A stretch of DNA of 64,000 bases. Source: Bacteroidota bacterium. GTDB taxonomy: Bacteria; Bacteroidota; Bacteroidia; UKL13-3. This document shows positions 57,763-64,000 of this stretch, piece by piece (position 1 is the first letter of the stretch; each line of letters opens with the position of its first letter). A model generated the notes under the pieces. The model had not been told where the DNA came from and did no database searches. It was given only the letters and a program-made list of their open reading frames with translations. A program made the translations under genes and the position numbers. Where the stretch lies: assembly GCA_947507965.1 (NCBI GenBank), contig CANNQU010000005.1:22884-86883 (forward strand), read 5' to 3'.

Positions 57763-60700
57763 ATGATGAGATTAAAATTTCTAATAGCAGTAATTTTTTT
57801 TACAGGTATTAACGCCTTTGCGCAAACATTTAAAAGTTTCTCCCAGGATACCGGCGTTTACATCAGAGAGTTGGGAGAGTTTATGAATCAAGACAAAAGC
57901 GAGGAAGCGGGCAAAACATACCAAGCGTTTCTTACCGAATGGAACAAAAAGGTATTGACGGATGAACAAAAACGTTTCATCTTGCGTATCAGCAACAAAA
58001 TGCTACTCGAAAAGCTACGTGCTAACCCAGATTTTGTATCACTACTCAAAGCGCTATCGGCCTATTCAAGGCAAGATAAAGGAGAAGCTATTTTTGCAAA
58101 TTGGCAGAAAATAACGGATAAAACATTATCGGAAAATAAGAAGACGTTTAAAGATTTTCTCGACTTTTCGATTAGCCTCTTTGAAGACAATACTATTTTT
58201 TCTAATAATGCAAAAATTTGGCAATGTACGAGTGCCGATTACGAATTAAAATTCGATCGGGAACCGTATATCATATTCCATCATACCGACTTGAAAGGCT
58301 TCGCCAATGGCAATAACACCAAAATCTCAAATACTTCTGGAATCTATTATCCCAATAGGAAGCTATGGGTTGGTGAAGGTGGGAAAATAAACTTTCTACG
58401 AGTGGGCTTAGACACCAATAAGGTATGGGTTGATTTAGTGAATTACAAGGTGAACACCGACAAATATGAGTTCACCATCGATTCAGCATTTCTCACCAAT
58501 AAAGAGTATAAGATTGAAAATATTGCCGGGCGCCTTACAGAAAAGCTAGTTTCCACCAATGAAACATCCCATTTAAACTATCCAAAATTTCGTTCTTATA
58601 GCAACGATATTTTCATCGAAAATTTTGGCAAAGGAATGAAATATAAAGGAGGCTTTGGTATGTATGGGAAACAGATTGCTGGAATTGGAACAATCGACCA
58701 AAGGGCATCCTTCTCTTTTTATTATAAAGACTCGTTACGTTGTAAAATTGAATCGGTTGAATTTTTCATCTCTAATGAAAAAATTGCTGCAGAAGATAGC
58801 CGATTCAATGTTTTTATTGCGAAAGATTCCTTGTTTCATCCTAAAATGAAATTTAACTTCCTTCGAAAAGATAGAAAATTATCGCTCGCGCGTGGAGAGG
58901 AAGGCGTGCGATCGAGCCCACTCTATGATTCCTATCATCGTATTGAAATGTATGTCGATGAAGTTAATTGGCAGATTGATGGCCCAAAGATGGATTTTAT
59001 AATGAACACGAAAGACCAGTCGGCACGTTTTGAATCGTTAAGTTTTTTTAGAGACCAACGCTATGAGCAAATGCAAGGGGTATTAGATTACAACCCCTTG
59101 ACCAAAGTTGCACAGTTTTGTCGAATGCGAAGGTCTCCTGATTTTACCTTAGAAGAATTTGCTGCTTTTATGGGTGCCAAAGAAGAATATGTTTTGCCCT
59201 TTGTATTGCTTATGGCCGATAAAGGTTTCTGCAATTATGATATCGACAATAAAAAGATTCATGTTTATAATAAGGTTTACGATTATGTGAATGCACATAA
59301 TAACGTATCTGACTATGATATCCTTAAAATGGAATCGCTTATTGGAGCCCGACCCAATGCCACGATGAATTTCGTAAACTATGATCTAACAGTGGAAGGA
59401 GTGCCTAGGCTTCAAATTAGCGACTCACAAAATGTTTATGTGATATTAAACGATCAGAAATTGATTATTAAAAAAAATAGAGATATGGAGTTTGCGGGAA
59501 AGGTGCATGCCGGAAGATTCGATTTCTATGGCGCGGGATTCGATTTCGACTATCAGAACTTTCTCATTAAACTCAGTAATGTTGATTCCTTAAAATTTGC
59601 ATTCCCTTCCAGAGAAAAAGATGAGCTGGGTAGAGATCAACTGGTACGGGTAAACACCGTTTTACAAAATGTTTATGGCACCTTATATATCGACTCGGCA
59701 AACAATAAATCAAGCCGTATAAATTATCCTCAGTATCCTATTTTTAAAAGTGATAAAGGCTCCAACGTTTTTTACGACTACCCCACCACCCAAGGAGGTG
59801 CATACGTAAGAGAACGTTTCTATTTTAAGGTTGATCCCTTTACCATTGACAGTCTTGACAACTTCACAAGAGAAGGTTTGGTATTCGACGGTGAATTTAA
59901 ATCGGGTGGCATTGTTCCTGACTTTCGCCACCAACTTACCTTACAAGATGATTATTCGTTAGGCTTTAAAACCCACACTCCTGCTGGCGGCTACCCACTC
60001 TTCAAAGGTAAAGGAAGAGGAGATTTCGAAATGAGCTTGAGTAATTTTGGTTTCTTTGGGAATGGCTCTATAGACTACCTAACGACGCACCTCACTTCGA
60101 ATAAATTTTTATTCCTACCCGACTCGATGAATACCATAGCCGATGAGGTGGTCGTAAATAAGTCAGCCTTGTTTCCATCAGCAACCACTCATAGTGCCTA
60201 TGTCGATTGGCGTGCCTACCGCGACACCATGTATCTGTTTCAACAGAAAGAACCTTTCCTGATGTACGACAAGGTGGCAACATTGCTAGGCAACTTAATT
60301 ATTACTCCTAAAGGGATGGGAGGAGCCGGTACCATTTCCTTTGATGAAGCGGAACTATCCTCTAAAAACTTTTCGTTTTCAAACCATACCTTCAGCTCCA
60401 ATGTGGCCTCCTTTAAAATTAAGTCCATCGACCCTTCTAAATATGCCTTTAGTGCTACTAACGTAAAGGCATTTGTTGATTTTGAAAAACGTTATGCCGA
60501 CTTTAGATCCAACAAATCTGATGTTAATATTGAGTTCCCTTACAACCAGTATCGTGCCACATTAAGTGATATGACATGGAAAATGGATGAAAAGAAAATC
60601 ATATTGAATGCAGGAAAAACACAGACTCCCGAATCTTCTGTTTTCATCTCTACTTTGTATGAGCAGGACTCTTTGAATTTCATCTCTACCAACGCCGTAT

Positions 60701-62133
60701 TCGACCTTAAAACCTATATTTTAAATTGCAATAAAGTACCTTATATTTTTGTAGCCGACTCCAAAATAATTCCGGATAGTAACAAAGTAGTAATTAACCG
60801 AAATGCTCAGATGAATACCCTATACCGGTGTCTTCTAAAAACAGATACGGTAAACGGATTCCATAACCTATTCAACTGTTCCATAAATATCTTGGGAAGG
60901 CGCAATATGAGTGGTAATGGCTTTTACAATTTTACCGACAAACGTAAGAGTAAACAAATCATTTATTTTAATGAGATTGGCGTAAATGCAGAAAAACATT
61001 CCATTGCCAAGGCAACGATTAAAGATACCAGTAACTTTGTGATAAACAAACATTTCGACTTTAAAGGTGATATTGTTCTCACGAGTATCAACAAAAATTT
61101 AAATTTCAATGGCTATGTGCTCCCACTACATGAACAACGCCCTCAGAGCGTTTGGTTTCGTTTTAATGATGGTATCGATCAGGACTCGGTAAGGTTGAAA
61201 ATTGACGACCCCATCGATGCTGATAAAAATCCTTTGAGCATCGGCTTTAATGTAGCCAATGATTCAACGGGGATGTACACTTCTTTTTTCAGTAGAAGAC
61301 ATTCGTATAGTGATGATATGATATTGCTAGCCCGAAGTGGCAAAATGTACTATGATGATAATACAGGGGAGTTTAGGGTTGGTGATGATGATAAACTCTC
61401 CAAAAATTCTTATCAGGGCAGCATGGTTACCTTCAACGAACCTCAGAAAACAATTATTGGTGAAGGTCGAATTAACTTCAATACAAGCAGCGATAAATTT
61501 AAAACAAAGGCAGCAGGCATCATCACTAATAATTTGATGGATAGCAGCTATAGCCTTGACGTGATCGCCCTTTTCGATTTCATTCTGCCGAAACAAGCGT
61601 TGACGATGATGGCAGATAGCATTTATAATACGTCAAGAGATTTGCCAAACTTAATGAATGATCGTTACGTATTAAAAGTAGGGCTTGGGGAATTGGCCGA
61701 AGAAAAAAATTATACTGCTGTAATAAAAAAACTAGAAGAAAATTCGGAAGTAATGCTCGTTGATGAGTTCCAAAAAACATTGATGCTCACCGACTTGAAA
61801 ATGAGCTGGAAACGCCAAAACAGGGCGTACATAGCCATTGGAGGAATCGGTTTAAATTCTATTGATAACCGGACCATTGGAAAACGATTATACGGTAAAG
61901 TACAAATCACCAAAAAAAGAAGTGGTGATGTTACGGGTATCTATTTAGAAAGCAATGCCGACACATGGTATTATTTTAATTTTAAAGGAAAGACACTGAG
62001 TGTGTTAAGTAGTGATGAAAGTTTCAATAGGATCATTAAAGATAATATTTCAAAGGTATCGGATGAATTATACAGGCTTCAAATAGCCACCCTACGTGAC
62101 AAAACCGTTTTCCTGAAGTATTTAGAATACTAG
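57763..62133 (+). CDS. Very large (1456 aa) hypothetical secreted protein
   Basis: Cleavable-looking signal peptide (LKFLIAVIFFTGINAFAQ). Beta-rich, N/D/S/Y/F-rich composition throughout. No catalytic motif recognised. The start is 7 bp after prmA. Confidence 0.5.
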   Translation: MMRLKFLIAVIFFTGINAFAQTFKSFSQDTGVYIRELGEFMNQDKSEEAGKTYQAFLTEWNKKVLTDEQKRFILRISNKMLLEKLRANPDFVSLLKALSAYSRQDKGEAIFANWQKITDKTLSENKKTFKDFLDFSISLFEDNTIFSNNAKIWQCTSADYELKFDREPYIIFHHTDLKGFANGNNTKISNTSGIYYPNRKLWVGEGGKINFLRVGLDTNKVWVDLVNYKVNTDKYEFTIDSAFLTNKEYKIENIAGRLTEKLVSTNETSHLNYPKFRSYSNDIFIENFGKGMKYKGGFGMYGKQIAGIGTIDQRASFSFYYKDSLRCKIESVEFFISNEKIAAEDSRFNVFIAKDSLFHPKMKFNFLRKDRKLSLARGEEGVRSSPLYDSYHRIEMYVDEVNWQIDGPKMDFIMNTKDQSARFESLSFFRDQRYEQMQGVLDYNPLTKVAQFCRMRRSPDFTLEEFAAFMGAKEEYVLPFVLLMADKGFCNYDIDNKKIHVYNKVYDYVNAHNNVSDYDILKMESLIGARPNATMNFVNYDLTVEGVPRLQISDSQNVYVILNDQKLIIKKNRDMEFAGKVHAGRFDFYGAGFDFDYQNFLIKLSNVDSLKFAFPSREKDELGRDQLVRVNTVLQNVYGTLYIDSANNKSSRINYPQYPIFKSDKGSNVFYDYPTTQGGAYVRERFYFKVDPFTIDSLDNFTREGLVFDGEFKSGGIVPDFRHQLTLQDDYSLGFKTHTPAGGYPLFKGKGRGDFEMSLSNFGFFGNGSIDYLTTHLTSNKFLFLPDSMNTIADEVVVNKSALFPSATTHSAYVDWRAYRDTMYLFQQKEPFLMYDKVATLLGNLIITPKGMGGAGTISFDEAELSSKNFSFSNHTFSSNVASFKIKSIDPSKYAFSATNVKAFVDFEKRYADFRSNKSDVNIEFPYNQYRATLSDMTWKMDEKKIILNAGKTQTPESSVFISTLYEQDSLNFISTNAVFDLKTYILNCNKVPYIFVADSKIIPDSNKVVINRNAQMNTLYRCLLKTDTVNGFHNLFNCSINILGRRNMSGNGFYNFTDKRKSKQIIYFNEIGVNAEKHSIAKATIKDTSNFVINKHFDFKGDIVLTSINKNLNFNGYVLPLHEQRPQSVWFRFNDGIDQDSVRLKIDDPIDADKNPLSIGFNVANDSTGMYTSFFSRRHSYSDDMILLARSGKMYYDDNTGEFRVGDDDKLSKNSYQGSMVTFNEPQKTIIGEGRINFNTSSDKFKTKAAGIITNNLMDSSYSLDVIALFDFILPKQALTMMADSIYNTSRDLPNLMNDRYVLKVGLGELAEEKNYTAVIKKLEENSEVMLVDEFQKTLMLTDLKMSWKRQNRAYIAIGGIGLNSIDNRTIGKRLYGKVQITKKRSGDVTGIYLESNADTWYYFNFKGKTLSVLSSDESFNRIIKDNISKVSDELYRLQIATLRDKTVFLKYLEY

Positions 62134-62249
62134 AAATTAATAGTAGAAGAATTCCCAAAGGAAATGTTTAAAAATGGAAATTAACGGAATTACGTTAACG
62201 GAGTAACTTCAAATGCCCTTGCTATTTTGTACCTTTGCTTTTCACATTC

Positions 62250-62616
62250 GGGGCTGACCGGTTTTGACGGGTAGTGTAACGTAGGTGTAAGCATGCAGAG
62301 ATTTGTTTGCGTTCTCTTTAATCAATACATTCAACATTTAGTTGGCAACAACTACGCATTGGCTGCTTAATCTGGATAGATTAGGACGCTCGCACTCACT
62401 AAGTTTCTAAATCGTGCCGAGACTTGTATAGTGGGTTCACCAAGCATGGTATTACTCGCGAAATGGGTTTTGATAGCGAGTAGATTATATAAAACCTACG
62501 TTTATGTTTCTGGTATGCGGCACGCCAAACACAAACCGACAACTAAGTACAGCTAAGCATGTAGAAAACATTTGAGTTCCTATTTCGGACTCGGGTTCGA
62601 CTCCCGACAGCTCCAC
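62250..62616 (+). ncRNA. ssrA: tmRNA (ssrA)
   Basis: 5-prime GGGGCTGACCGGTTTTGACGG matches the tmRNA acceptor/D-arm start. The 3-prime GGACTCGGGTTCGACTCCCGACAGCTCCAC is a T-arm plus acceptor (CCA not encoded). An internal tag reading frame at 62344-62370 encodes G-N-N-Y-A-L-A-A-stop (ggc aac aac tac gca ttg gct gct taa), the classic degradation tag. Confidence 0.85.
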
Positions 62617-62649
62617 TTTTTACGATTTTAAACGTTCGCAAAAGTTCAA

Positions 62650-62676
62650 AACCCGCCACTAGAGCGGGTTTTTTAT
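62650..62676 (+). terminator. Rho-independent terminator after ssrA
   Basis: AAACCCGCcactaGAGCGGGTTTTTTATTT: an 8-bp GC-rich stem (one mismatch tolerated) followed by a T6 run, ~35 nt after the tmRNA 3-prime end. Confidence 0.5.
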
Positions 62677-62773
62677 TTCACCTGTTCGCTCGAGTTCATA
62701 AAAAAACACTATTTTCGCTCTCTATACTTCACCTAAAAACCTCAATCCCGCCAAAAGGTGAAGTAAAAATATT

Positions 62774-63988
62774 ATGGATATAACTACAGGACTCAGTTTT
62801 AAATTTTACTTACAAACCAATAAGAGCAGGGGCGACGGGAAACATCCCATCTATTTACGTCTCGTTTATAAAAGCAAAAAGATCGAAATTGCCACCGATT
62901 ATGATTGCGAAGAGCAAGACTTCAATATTCAGCAGCAAAGAACCATAAGGAACCATGCTATCAATGAGGGTCTGACCAAAATGGAGGCAAAAATCCATAG
63001 TTCGGTAAGGAAACTCGAAGATGCAGGGGCTTTTATCGACCTTTCTGCTATAAAAGACGAATTGAAGGGGAAGAGTAAGTTTGATAAAAAACTGTTGGAG
63101 TATTATAACGAACATCTAAAATATGTCCAGAGCAATCCACAACTGGCAAAAAACACCAAGAATAGATATCTCGATACCCAGAAGCATTTGATCAAGTTTA
63201 TTAAGAGCATAAAGAAACGAAGTGATGTTTCGATTGAAAGTGTAGACTATAAATTCATCAGTGACTTTGATCTGTTTCTTTTAAATCAGCCATCAGGCAA
63301 AACCCTAACAAGCACCCTGCATAGAAATACTGCCAATAAGCATATTACGCGATTTAAAACGGTGATCTTGAAAGCTTTCAATGAGGGGATTATTAAAAAA
63401 AACCCATTCACGAATATTCGTGTGAAATATACCCCTACAACAATCACATATTTAACTCAGGAGGAATTAGATATGCTTGAAGCGCATGATTTAAGCGGGA
63501 ATGAAAGCCTTCAAAAATCCAGAGATATTTTCTTGTTCAGCTGTTATACCGGACTACGTTTCAAGGATGCATTGAGCTTAGAAATGGATAAAATTGTTTT
63601 CTCCAAAACCAACGGGAACAGTATCAGACTAAAACAGGAGAAGACAGATGAATACGTTGAAATGCCCGTCTTGAAACAAACACAAGCCATAATTGACAGG
63701 CATGATGGAGAGTACCGTAAAATTACCGGTAAGGTTTTACCACAAATAAGTAATCAGAAGGTGAATGCATTTTTAAAAATGATTGCTGACGCGGTTGGAA
63801 TTAAAAAAAGACTCACCCATCATATGGCCCGACATACATGTGCGACAACGGTATTGCTAAGTCAAAATGTGCCACTTGAAGTGGTAAGCAAATGGCTGGG
63901 GCATAATAGCATTAAGTCAACCCAGGTGTATGGCAAGATCACCAATAAATATATGATGGAACATGCAAAAAGACTGAACGAAAAATAA
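62774..63988 (+). mobile_element. int: Tyrosine site-specific integrase (Bacteroidota phage-integrase family), first gene of an element integrated at ssrA
   Basis: 404 aa. The C-terminal catalytic region is HHMARHTCATTVLLSQNVPLEVVSKWLGHNSIKSTQVYGKI (R...H-x-x-R...Y with LGH and QVY). An N-terminal SAM-like/arm domain is present. It starts ~160 bp downstream of the tmRNA 3-prime end. Confidence 0.85.
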
Positions 63989-64000
63989 AAAAACAAATAT

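Noticed and set aside
1-64000. CRISPR arrays, rRNA, canonical tRNA genes, IS elements or transposases
   Set aside because: There are no regularly spaced direct repeats and no rRNA-like conserved stretches. The only tRNA-like sequence is the tmRNA acceptor/T-arm. No transposase-like ORFs were seen. The only mobile-element gene is the integrase at the right edge.

Overview
This looks like a chromosomal segment from a Bacteroidota genome (Sphingobacteriia/Flavobacteriia-like). The evidence is low GC, a tmRNA with an ...GNNYALAA tag, BshA, a GldN-like protein and Bacteroidota-style integrase and lipoproteins. Coding density is about 90%, and most genes are housekeeping (yebC, obg, pnuC, SEDS RodA/FtsW, prfA, feoAB, cysS, menD, purD, prmA, nrnA, two kup). 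At the left end is a surface-polysaccharide locus. It begins with a partial NeuB-like nonulosonic-acid synthase, followed by a Wzz-like co-polymerase, a Wza-like exporter, rfbA and a TylF-like methyltransferase. At the right end is a tmRNA gene (ssrA) followed directly by a tyrosine integrase, which is the left border of an integrated element lying outside the window. The most interesting feature is a compact four-gene operon at 45425-49446. It encodes a serine-palmitoyltransferase-like alpha-oxoamine synthase, a GNAT-fold N-acyltransferase, an NAD-dependent epimerase/dehydratase-family reductase and a sphingomyelin-synthase-like PAP2 phosphotransferase. This matches the enzyme set of the bacterial ceramide pathway plus a head-group transferase. 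A convergent PssA-type CDP-alcohol phosphatidyltransferase and an orphan TolC-HlyD pair that has no pump gene between them lie next to it. Other observations are listed as findings: tandem kup paralogs, a 1121-aa membrane protein with a very long K/E/Q coiled coil, a 1456-aa secreted protein, a nested palindrome upstream of feoAB, two paralogous TPR-like proteins and a LysM protein whose SLT domain lacks the catalytic Glu. I saw no CRISPR array, rRNA or canonical tRNA. All domain calls rest on motif recognition by eye from the translated ORFs, and no database search was possible.
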